Shown here: one piece after another, positions 26,401 to 37,550 of the stretch | Numbering within the stretch: position 1 is the first letter of the stretch | Layout: each line of letters begins with the position of its first letter | NCBI GenBank assembly: GCA_040954595.2 | Contig: CM082578.2 | Span: 773,740-837,739 of the forward strand | Direction of reading: 5' to 3' | Source: Balanoglossus misakiensis | Lineage: Eukaryota > Animalia > Hemichordata | Length of the DNA: 64,000 nt | The notes under the pieces: model-generated | What the model saw: only the letters and a program-made list of their open reading frames with translations | Told to the model about the DNA's origin: nothing | Database searches by the model: none | Made by a program: the position numbers and the translations under genes

Positions 26401-26598
26401 AACCTTGATTAGCCTGGCCAGAGCTAGTGGCCAGTGTCGTGCCCATTAATTTTTAGTGTTTGGTGGGGTCAACCTTTGCGTCAACATTGATTAACCAGGC
26501 CATGCAGAGCTAGTGGCCAGTGTCGTGCCCATTAATTTTGAGTGTTTAGTGGGGTCAACCTTTGCGTCAACATTGATTAACCAGGCCATGCAGAGCTA
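14436..26598. repeat. Satellite array, 74/78/82/87-bp monomers (roughly 150 copies) with higher-order repeats
   Basis: Core CCAGGCCAGAG(CTAG)TGGCCAGTGTCGYGCCCATTAATTTTGAGTGTTTGGTGGGGTCAACCTTTGCGTCAAC repeated continuously. Confidence 0.99.
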
Positions 26599-27189
26599 CA
26601 TTGTATGTTGCCTGTAAGGCACACATCTCTAATTGGTACATTGGGCCTATCATACTGTACATGTACAACTAGGAAAATGTACTTCATCATATTTCCATAG
26701 TCAGCAGCTTCAAGAACATGTTGCCTTCTCTATATGAATGTTTAGACTAAAAAGAAGTATAAGAAGAATAAAGTTGTCCAATTATTGTTGGCAGGGGGTG
26801 GGGATGTGTGCTCCCAAACAAATGTATATGGGTATGTACTCTTTAAGAAAAACCTTCATATGCAAGAGAAAAATGGTAAATGACAAAGAAAATTTGACTG
26901 GTATTACAATAGGTCGGGTTTTTGGCATTTACACATATTGATGTCATCAACCGGGAAGCACACTACGTGCTGAAAATAATTGGAGACCTCTCGCCAGGGG
27001 TGTCGGCCAGTGGCCACATACAGTCCTAAACCTTGCATCAGTTCTGTGGTGCGGATTAAGAAATAAGATCGGCGCTACAATATGCCCACTTAGTTTGAAA
27101 TGGATTCTGCATTTATACATGTAAACACATTGAAAATGAGATATTACACATATAATCATGGGACAAGAAGGGCAAAAATTAAATTATCC

Positions 27190-27560
27190 AGCAGGCGTTC
27201 GAATTATGCAAATTAGAACAGTTGTCTAATATTGCCATGTCAACCACGTTGAAATTGTTTTAGGTACCCATATTAATTAAAACCGTGAAAATGCGATATT
27301 ACACACCATATAAGACAAACCAGGGAAATTTACATGTTAGAGAAGTTTGTCGGCCATTTTGGATTATGCAAATTAGAACAGTTGTCTAATATTGCCATGT
27401 CAACCACACTGAAATTGTTTTAGTTACCCATATTGATGAAAACCCTTCAAATGCGATACTACACGCTATTTAAGACGACCATAGGAAATTTACATGTTAG
27501 AGGAGTTTGGCGGCCATTTTGGACTATGCAAATGAGAAGAGTTGAACAAAAAATGCCATA
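27190..27560. repeat. ~160-bp tandem repeat (~2.3 copies); inverted copies at 51010-51245, diverged copies at 52490-52790
   Basis: ATTATGCAAATTAGAACAGTTGTCTAATATTGCCATGTCAACCAC at ~27203 and ~27363, partial at ~27523. Confidence 0.8.
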
Positions 27561-29629
27561 TTTGCAATGCTGTTGTCTTGTTTTGGGTGCCTATGTTAAG
27601 GCTTGAAAATGAAAGCTTATTCACCATTTTGGCACAAACAGTGGCGAGAAGGTGTTCCAATGTAACTTAGAAGAGTTGCCATATTTGCAATACAGTTATA
27701 TTGTTTAAGGTATGAATGCAAATCCTGAATATTAGATTTATAACAATTTCATTGGAAAGAACATTTGTAGGTTCATCATTGACCCCATAGGACTGTCAAC
27801 TCGACTACAGACAGTCTCGACGAACACAAGACATGATCCCAATTTGCAAGCTGAGTTGAAACTGACTGCTGCAGTAACTTTAGCTCTGGGAATGTCTTGT
27901 GTGATTTAAAGCAATTGATGACCAAATTTAACACAGTTTCTCTGAGGTAACCACTTAGCTTTCGTGACTGGTTGTTTAAGAATCCAAAAAACATGAATTC
28001 TACCGAATGAATTCAACCCTTAGAATTTCAGAGTTTGCAGTCATGCACAAAAGTGTGTATCATACACATAAGAAATTTCTCACATGTATTTTTATGATGG
28101 CAATGCATTTGACTGTAAACAAACATTGACATCAGTCAGTAGCGCTATTTTGTCAGTGAAATGGCTTCATCATCATCCCTCCAACCAAAGTTGAAACTGA
28201 GTTGCAAATATTGCACAGCTTGAAATCATAAAATGTTGCAAAATTGAACCAACAGTTCGGTCAATGATCAAGTTCTTACAGCTATTATTAGAACCAGACA
28301 ATCTCAGCGAACAAGAGACATGGGCCTTATTTGCAAGTCGAGTTAGAACTGCCTTTGCCTGCCCACGGACGCCCCAGTTTCAGCAAAAATTATTGCATTA
28401 AAATGTGAGTATGGAGAACTATGCTCTGTGTTCCTTTTGTTAGCTTACATAGCTGTTGTCATTCTAGTTTTTCCTCTGTCCTGTGAACAGAGTTTCAGTT
28501 GCGAAAACCGACAGTTCTCAAAGTACAAAAGTACACCTAAATTGCCTCGGTGATGAGCATGCAGAATTTATCTGATGCTTTTTACTGGCAGAAGGACCCC
28601 ACCAGTTGCAGATTGTCAATTCCATGGCACAAGGGAATTTACGCTTTGCGTTCAAATATAAATAATTAAAACCTGTTTAATTTTTCTATATGTTCTTTAG
28701 TGATGATTCAAAAGTATTATGACTGCTAGTGTGATTAATATTCTATTTTCAAAATGTGTTTCTCTTAATGATTATGAATACATCAAAATTTATGCTTTAA
28801 AATTATATCATTTTACCTGAAATATTGCAAATATTTGGAGGGTTGCATTTAATTTGAAGTTCTCGATCAAAGTTTTAGGCATAAAAAAGGTGCTACACCC
28901 CCGAAAAATTGGTAGCTATGAATTCAATTCAAAGAGTGTTGTAATGTCTGTTTTGCAACAGGGTGCCAGTTCAACAAAGCGCATGAGGATAGTAAATCAC
29001 CTTTGTGAATTTTGTGCACCACAGTAAGAATTCCCTAGAAACTGCAAACTAAATTGCAAAGCAATCAGACAAAAATGGCAGAAATTGCCAAAAAAACCCA
29101 AAACAATATTGTCACTTCCATCACTGGGTTTGTTAAATTGTCATAAAATCACACCTAAGAACATGCAAACCAAATTTTAAAAAAAATGTGGATAGAGGTT
29201 TCTGAGTATATGACGACCAAAATCACCCCAAAAATATACTTCAAAAATGAAAAACAATATCTGTATAAAGTCTCAATAACATAAACACACACCAATTTCT
29301 AAAGCAATCTGACCAGTACCTTCTTGAGTTTCTGAGTTTAGAACAATTTCACATTGGTCCCAATGGTATATTGACATATACAAAATTGGACCTAAAGAGT
29401 AAAACATATTTCAAAGATTTTACAATTAAAGCCTCACAAGCTGCCAAATTTTACACATCTTTTTCCACAATAACATTTTTCAAATCATCCACCTATCCTT
29501 TAAAATCAGCACCATTGAGCCATATTACTTGAATTTGCATGGGGTTTGTCATCTCTCTGCGATGTGTACCCTCCATATGGAGGCTGATTAAAACAGGTGT
29601 GGCACTCGTTTAATATCTGACTTCTTTAA

Positions 29630-31120
29630 CACTTTCACTGCGTAGTTAATATATGCTAATGTATTCCTGTGCGTAGTTTCCTATGGTAAATTTAACTGAT
29701 AAACAATGTTTTACTTTACCATCTCTATCTCTTGTAATATGAAAGTATATGCAATGATATTTCCAGCAAGTATATTTATGAGACAACCAACATAATAAAA
29801 CTGAAAAATGGTCACATGACCATTAATTGGTCATGTGACACTGGCGGCCATAATGGATTTTTGTCGAAATATGGTAAAAACGACATATTGTAATATAAGT
29901 GCCTGAAATACTGTATTTAATTCATTGTATCACAGCTGACAGACAAAAATAGTCAAAAACAACTTCCCCCTGTATAAAAGGGAATAACAAGTGACTTTTG
30001 AGCAAGAAATTTGATCAAATGTATTAATGGACCATAAAAACAATTATCAAATCATGCCCACCATTTACATGTATACATGTTTAAAATCTGAGAAAGAAAT
30101 AGAGTTTATTAGTGAAAAGGTGAATGATTGAATTTGTAAATAAATAATAATAATAAAATTAATTAATTAAGTACTTTATTAAATACTCTACATTTTAATG
30201 AATTGCAAGTTGAAGAAATCAAGGTTGGTAAATATGAATATACACACATTTAAAAAAAATCATTAGCATAGTACTGTTTTGGCAATTCATTTCAAATGGA
30301 TATAATACTCTGACAACATAGACTTCTGGCAAAGTCCCATCAAGATTTGCAAAGAAACCTACGCCTTCATTTAATTCAGTGAAGTAGGCATCTGGCGAAA
30401 TCTTGACCTGAAGGGCAACTCATCAATTGCAGGGTTGTCAAAAAATTGTGCGGTGTACATATCAGTTTGCTCTTACAATGACATCAACTCAAACACATCA
30501 CCAGGAAAGAACAGCTGAAAAAAGTCAACGGGTGCAAAGACATCAGTGTCAACTAATAAACCTTAGCGACGATCGTATACAGACAACCAGTCCGGTGTGT
30601 AATTGTCATTTACGTCGTACAAACCCACCGCGTGTCACCATCAACGTTACGACGTCTGAGAACATGGCAAAAACCCTTCCCCTCTCTGTCTCTACTCTGT
30701 TTTCTCCGTGTCTGGCTTCTATTTCTGGTTCTATCATGTTGTTGTCCGTAATTTGGCTTCCGCTATCGCTATGAGTGCTGTCACTATCCTGAAAGACTTG
30801 TTCAAGAACTTCGTCGGCATCAAACTTTGCCCGTGTCGCCATTTTTAAATACCAAGTGAATGAAAAAATATGATCGGGGCGACCTAAAATCAGCTGTATA
30901 AGGAAACCCTTTGATGACAAAATCGACTTGATGGTTTAGAATACATATGCGCATGCTCAAATAGGGTTGACCCCTGTCCTATATATAGTCATACAAAATG
31001 AGTAAATAAGCAACGAACATAAAATAGAACAGACCAAGTAACGGACGCGATCTTGGCGCATTTATGCGCCTCCCGCATTCTGACTGCCGGCGCAGAAAAC
31101 GCCCTCCCGCAGCGAAAGTG
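29630..31120 (-). mobile_element. Internally deleted piggyBac-like element, TTAA TSD
   Basis: TTAA|CACTTTCACTGCG...CGCAGCGAAAGTG|TTAA; empty TTAA site in the other arm (~47692); minus-strand remnant MATRAKFDADEVLEQVFQDSDS resembles piggyBac transposase N-termini. Confidence 0.85.
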
Positions 31121-31496
31121 TTAAATTGCAACATACAGGCACATTCATTAGTCAATAAAATGTTCATGTATACCTATCAGTCAGTTTGTTTAGATGAACA
31201 AATCTAAGATGGAAAGTAATATCATGAAAATACTGAAAGATTGGAAACTCTGAGTTTGAGTCTAAGGATAACAAGGGAACCTCTCTACTATTTGAAGCAC
31301 CAAAGCTATGAAAAACTTCCTTCTTTCCCTCAAATATTTTTTATGAATATGTTCTACTCCGTGATTAAAATTTCCCTTTTACCAAATGTACATATGTAAG
31401 AGACGAGATTTTTTCAGCAAAATTTCAAATGGCCTAGGGTGACTTTTTACCTACTTACCCATATTGGGTAGCATGAAACACAGAATGGCATACCAG

Positions 31497-32675
31497 TGGG
31501 TTAGAGATACAGCGTTTTATATTAACATGAATTAACATGAAACTAAAAATTTGATGGTTTACTTAGGACTGCCTTGATCCATGGTAACCTCATTAAATAT
31601 GTACATATCTAATTCTAGGCTATCCAGTTGCGGTAGAAACCTGGACATGGACAACTTTGGGGTCAAAATCTTTTGACAAAATGTTGGGTGATCTTGGGTA
31701 AACTTTGACCTACATTCCTATATCTTGGCATCCGGCACAGATACATTCTTGACACTTGGAGTGATGGAACTGCATAATGGAGTATTATGTCTCAGCTAGT
31801 CACAGTGCTTTTGCTGTGTCTTTTATTCAGCCAAATTAGATGTTTTTCATTACACATTGGCTGTGTTTGCCAGTACATTTTATCTGGTCACACTGCCTTA
31901 ACACAATGTATTCTCAAAATACTCTGCAATCTTTATGAAGCATATACAGCAGACAAAGTTGTGGTAAGACTGAACTTGCCCTTCTTTGTGATTAAAGCAT
32001 GACCGGCCTGTCTTAGGTGGCCCCTACCTAGGGGCTTTACCCGTCATTGGCTCACAGTCTGAGAAATCAGCTCTGCAGGGAAGTTAACGATGTAACCCAC
32101 CATTAAAGCTTGGATTCCCGCTTTTTGTATTTGATGCCTGGCTGAGGCCTTCTTAGGATCTACCCAACGCTGAGTAGGCTATCCCGTCATTGGCACACAG
32201 TCTCAGGGAGGGAGTCAAAAGTTCAGTATACCATCAAAGCCTTTATATTGTCCATTCTTTTTAAGAGAAGGCTGGCTGCTGTAGAAAAATGTTGATCTCA
32301 AATTTATCATGTCCAAAAAGCCAGACTTCCAGCCCTATTGGTTAGGCTGGCATTAGGTAAGTACATAATTAATGAGGCAAGACATAATACTCAATCAAAT
32401 AGTTCCATCACTCCAAGTGTCAAGGTTGTATCTGCTCCGGATGCTAAAATATAGGAATGTAGGTCAAAGTTTACCCAAGATCACACAAATGTTTGTCAAA
32501 AGATTTTGACCCCGAAGTTGTCCATGTCCAGGTTTCTACTTCAGCTGAATAGCCTAGAATTAGATATGCACATATTTAACGAGGTTACCATTGCTCAGGG
32601 GGGTCTTAAATTAACCATCAAATTTTAGTTTCATATTAATGCATATTAATATAAAACACTGTATCTCTAACCCTA
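31497..32675. repeat. Inner ~290-bp inverted-repeat pair (31497-31790 vs 32381-32675); counterpart 46098-46386 vs 46983-47265
   Basis: CCTGGACATGGACAACTT.GGGGTCAAAATCTTTTGACAAA...GATCTTGGGTAAACTTTGACCTACATTCCTATAT present in both orientations. Confidence 0.93.
31831..32356 (+). ncRNA. Putative structured non-coding exon (copy 1)
   Basis: Acceptor TCTTTTATTCAG| and donor AG|GTAAGT; near-identical to copy 2; no shared ORF; several stems. Expression not shown. Confidence 0.4.
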
Positions 32676-34169
32676 CAGGTAAGCCTAGAATTAGGTACAT
32701 GTACATGCGTAAGTTTTTGACAAGACAGTTAAGCTGTAATATATGTACATGAACCTTGACAATTGACTTAAAATAACATAAAGGCAGAACTGATACTGAT
32801 TGGAGATAGATATTACTAATGACAGTGATGTTAATTACACCAGGAATGTTTGTCTTAGTATACGGTAGCTAACCGACTGCTTGAGGTTAAGTAATGAAAG
32901 TGCCCACTTGCGATTCACCTTCAAATAGCTACTTAGTCTTTGGTACATGTACATTGTTTTTCCAATGATTAGACAAAGGATATACATACGTGTAATTAAG
33001 GTTGGGTAGCATTTTCAATGTAATAAGCCCTGCCTTCACTATAATCTTACACCAAATCAACACTGTTCAGTAATGTTATAGGCTTCAAAGCGACGCTAGT
33101 TACATCATAATTCCCAGCAAGGGGTATTAGTTTATTGGGCAAGTGGCATGAGTGAGGCCAGACATTAGTTTTGGAAGCAAAGCGGACAGAACACTGCCGG
33201 GCATAGACTAGGTAGTTCTGAATGTGACCATGGACGTTACCACATTAGACTCTGTATTGTAAGTTTCTGAAGAATCGCAACAAATCATCAACAGTCTACA
33301 TGTACTTCAACCTTGTGAGAAGTACTGTATAACACACAGGATATACTAGTCACTGTTGGTCAGGTACGTTATTACACACTGTGGTCCCATCTGGGGATTA
33401 CACAAAATTAGGTATGTCTGTGTTCATGGGAAAAATCATGTGACATTGGCAAGCAGATATGACCTACTGTAAGAACATTTCAAAGGAACCAGACAAGTAT
33501 TGTAGGGAAAACAACATTCAACAATGACAAAAACTGCCTCAAACCACATCTATCCAACTATCAACAAATTGTATAATATCTACTTCAATCACCACGCCTA
33601 CCAAAGTTGAAAGCAATCTGACTAGTAGTTTCAAAGAATACAAATTGCAAAAATTGCCCCAAGACCACAATATGTAAATTTCACCAAAATGATATACAAC
33701 ATTACTTGGGTTACCTCTTGGAACAAGCATACCAAAATTTAAAAGCAATCTAAGGAGTTTCTCAGAAAATGAATTTTGACCAAAAATGACAGATTACAAA
33801 TTCTGCGACAATTTAAACAAAACCAACTAAGATCACCTACCGGAAGTGTCATACTAAATTCTAAAGAAATCAGCCAATCTCTTTAAGAGGAAAAGATTTT
33901 TTTTCAAATGGTAAAACAAGACAAAATAATTGCATAAAAAATAGACAATTCACGATATAAACTCAAAGTATATCAGGTATGATGACATTACCTACATGCA
34001 TACAAATGTTCAAAGCAGTCTAACCAGTTGTTGAGTTTTGATCAATTCCACATATTTCACAGGTTATTTGCGTATTTTTGCAATGACAACTTCATTTAAG
34101 CAAAATCCCATCTACACACCAAATATCAAGGTGATACGCGAAGTGGTTTCATGTTTTGGATCAGGGCAG

Positions 34170-34272
34170 ACATACATCCATATATACATGTAACATGCAT
34201 ACACACATGTACACACACACACAAACACATGCATACATGCATACATACATACATACATACATACATACATAC
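34170..34272. repeat. (CA)/(CATA)n microsatellite
   Basis: CATACATACATAC runs; inverted counterpart at ~44525-44565. Confidence 0.9.
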
Positions 34273-34323
34273 AGAGGGAAACGGTCTGGTAATCAATGTT
34301 GTGACACTAGCATTAGGCCTTAA

Positions 34324-34763
34324 ACCCCGGTGCGGAAAGTACTGGGGTTCGGATTAACGTGTGTTTGTACAGTTGTTTATTTGGGAGTGGTCGTCGTGCA
34401 TAATAACTGTGTAATTGATCTCATGTACATAGAAAATAATTGAACACTTTACACCTCTATGCGATTGACAGCTGTTTGAATGGCGTGGTTATTGTTTCCC
34501 AGGGATGCTTCTGAAAAGCACTGAAACCAGATTTCTCCCAAAATCATCGTTGTTTCAAAAGCTCGTGTACTTTTTCATCGATAACTTTATGTTGTGTGTG
34601 TTTATAAAGCCAACCACTGTCGTTGTGTGGTGTAATTCTTTATGCTTGGATCTGTTTGGGCCGATTTTCATAGAGCCAAGATCGTTGGTGTTGTCTGTTG
34701 TCAGTCAAACGGCATTAAGATTCGCCACTGATTTGGGGGGTATTTTATACCACGCATCGGGGT
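34324..34763. mobile_element. 440-bp TTAA-targeting MITE (Kolobok- or piggyBac-like)
   Basis: TTAA|ACCCCGGTGCG...CGCATCGGGGT|TTAA; empty site in right arm (ACATTAAGGCCT, ~44447-44458). Confidence 0.85.
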
Positions 34764-37384
34764 TTAATGTTTACGATATCAGGACAATTTATATCATATG
34801 AAGTTTTATGTATTCATAATTATTCAGAGAAGCAAATTTTTAAAAATGTGAAATTGTTATCAATCGGATGTGCACTGACAGCATGCTTATATGGAATACA
34901 GGTACTCTAACACAATCAGTCATAACACTTTTGAATCATCAATAAATAACATATAGAATAATTTTACAGGATTTAATTATTTATATTTGAACGCAAAGCG
35001 TAAATTCCCTTGTGCCATGGAATTCACAATCTGCAACTGGTGGGGTCCTTCTGCCAGTAAGAAGCATCAGATAAATTCTGCATGCTCATCACCGAGGCAA
35101 TTTAGGTGTACTTTTGTACTTTGAGAACTGTCGGTTTTCGCAACTGAAACTCTGCTCACAGGACGGAGGAAAAACTAGAATGACAACAGCTATGTAAGCT
35201 AACAAAAGAAACACAGAGCATAGTTCTCCATACTCATATTTTAATGCAATAATTTTTGCTGAAATTGGGGCGTCCGTGGGCAGGCAAAGGCAGTTCTAAC
35301 TCAACTTGCAAATCAGGCCCATGTCTCTTGTTCCCTGAGACTGTCTGGTTCTAATAATAGCTGTAAGAACATAATCGTTGACCAAACGGTTGGTTCAATT
35401 TTGCAACATTTTATGATTTCAAGCTGTGCAATATTTGCAACTCTGTTTCAACTTTGGTTGGAGGGATGATGATGAAGCCATTTCACTGACAAAATAGCAC
35501 TACTAACTGACATCCATATTTGTTTACAGTCAAATGCATTGCCATCAGAAAAATGCATACGAAAAAATTCTTATGTGAATAATACACACTTTCTTGCACA
35601 ACTGCAAACTCTGTCACATTTGTGAAATTTTAAGGAAATTCATTCATTGGGTAGCTTTATGAATTCTTAAACAAACTTAGTCATGAAACCTAAATGGTTA
35701 CCTTACACATCTGGCGGCTCGACTTCTGTGATATGATAGTCTTCAATTAATGTGTATGTGATTCCATACAAATCCATATGATTACCTGAACGTACAAAAT
35801 AAATTAAAAATAAAAAATAAATTAAAAATAAATAAGTATCTCATACATATGCATAAGTGCTTGTGATAAATATATCATGTATTTAAATAAACCTGTCATT
35901 TATTGACCTCGTTTTCCTATTAACCCAAAGGACTAGATTGCACAGCTCAACATTGATATAAAGAGTGTCAAAATATTGGTGGCTACAAAACCTTGTGTCC
36001 CTTCAATCCATTCTCGCACTCAGGTGAAAACGAACGTCATTAGTTTTTGGGAAAAAACCTCTGAAATCAATTTCGGTGAGGCCAAATGTGTTCCAAAGGC
36101 AAACCGTTTCTGGTAAACAAATCAATGGCAAATAATTACTTCGGCGACATACCAATCAGTCAACATGGCTGCCTAATCGTTGGATAGCCCGGTTTCATCT
36201 CGCGATCATTCTATCTTCCGATATGGCGTTGCATGGTTAAATTCGTCTCTTCTTTGCCGACATAGTCGGGCGACAGCGGTCCAGAAGCATAGGCAGCGAC
36301 GCCATCTTGTTTACAATTTGAAGTATCGACTGCGCATGCTCAATAATTTTCCGCGTTTTTTTTTGCCAACGGCGCGCGCGCGGTGTCTGGTATAGAGAAA
36401 ATAACATGCAAGTGCGCGATTATTCATTGTAAAAAATCAGTTATACATTTGTCATCAACGTTTGAAAACTTTCAATGATCTTACCTCGGTAAGCATTTCA
36501 AATAGGTACATTTTTATTTAGAACCATCGTATGTGGAAAATAATAAAACACAGAGTGGGGATTGGCCCTATGTTTGACTTGATCATACCAAGCTCGGTTT
36601 GCGTTTTGTCATTGACGAGGGTGACAGACTTTTGCTGAGAGAGTGAGTTTCTATAGCGTAAACGTTTATCGACTGGACTTTCTGTGCGCCAACAATTACA
36701 TTATTTCTAGCGCCGTGTTTTTATCTTACGACCGAGAATACCTGCTTTCGTCACCATGGTCTGCTCTGCACGTACTATGCTTTCCAGTTTATGTAGCTTG
36801 AAGTTGTACCACATTTTGGTTTCCGAGCTGTAGCGAACATAAAACCGAAACTAATAGCTACGTGTTGACCGCAGCGACTGCGTGTTTTTTTGTTGAGCTC
36901 GCTAAATTCCAAGTATTCCCAACCTACAGTTTATTCTCATGCAGCTCAGACTGAGGTCGCTTCTAAGAGAAAAAACAACAACATATTTTGGCTGCTGCCA
37001 GACCAGGAATGGAAAATCTTGAGTGGCGCTGGGCTGCATTTCTCTGTAGGACTGTAGTTGTATTGTGCAAGGGTTCGCCAGCATCGCCTTCAGACTCTGT
37101 CATAGTCACTGGTGGCGGTTTGTCCTGCACTACTCGTCGTTCTATTTGATGTGGTGGTATTATTCCCAGATGTCTGTGCCGAGGATCCTGCCCGTTTTCC
37201 GATTCTCTTCGTTTTGTCGGCCATTTGCTTCACTTTTCTGTCATTGTTGCGACGTCAGTCTCTGTTGTTGTTCGAAGGAGGCGAAAGTCCATTCACCATT
37301 AATAGCCGAATTTCCAAGATCGTCCGTTAATTACAATGCGACGTCACGCTATCATGTCCTAAGAAAGACTACAGGGCACATTTT

Positions 37385-37550
37385 TTTTATCTCGTGCGCA
37401 CGACTTACGTGTGCATGTGATATTTTCTCGTGAACATGAGTGCGCTCGCAATTTTCTCGTGCGCACGAGATATGCACGAGATAGCATGTTTCTCGTGCAC
37501 ACGAGAAAACATCTCGCTGGAACAAGATACTATCTCTTGCACAAGAAATA
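37385..37550. repeat. Cluster of short palindromic motifs TCTCGTGCGCACGAGA
   Basis: About six degenerate copies; resembles subterminal repeats of a non-autonomous DNA transposon. Confidence 0.6.

Larger units (their letters stand above)
27945..35705. repeat. Outer inverted-repeat pair within left arm (27945-~28790 vs ~34790-35705); counterpart in right arm ~43525-44420 vs ~49150-50690
   Basis: 28140-28680 is a near-identical reverse complement of 34965-35510. Confidence 0.92.
26597..36344 (+). repeat. Left arm of large inverted duplication
   Basis: Collinear reverse-complement match to 42624-51929 (e.g. 26740-26850 vs 51665-51782; 33100-33240 vs 45550-45670; 36160-36344 vs 42624-42815). Confidence 0.95.

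Noticed and set aside
31801-32225. RSS-like CACAGTG/CACAGTC heptamers in the conserved core
   Set aside because: No convincing ACAAAAACC nonamer at 12/23 spacing, and no RAG or Transib gene in the window.
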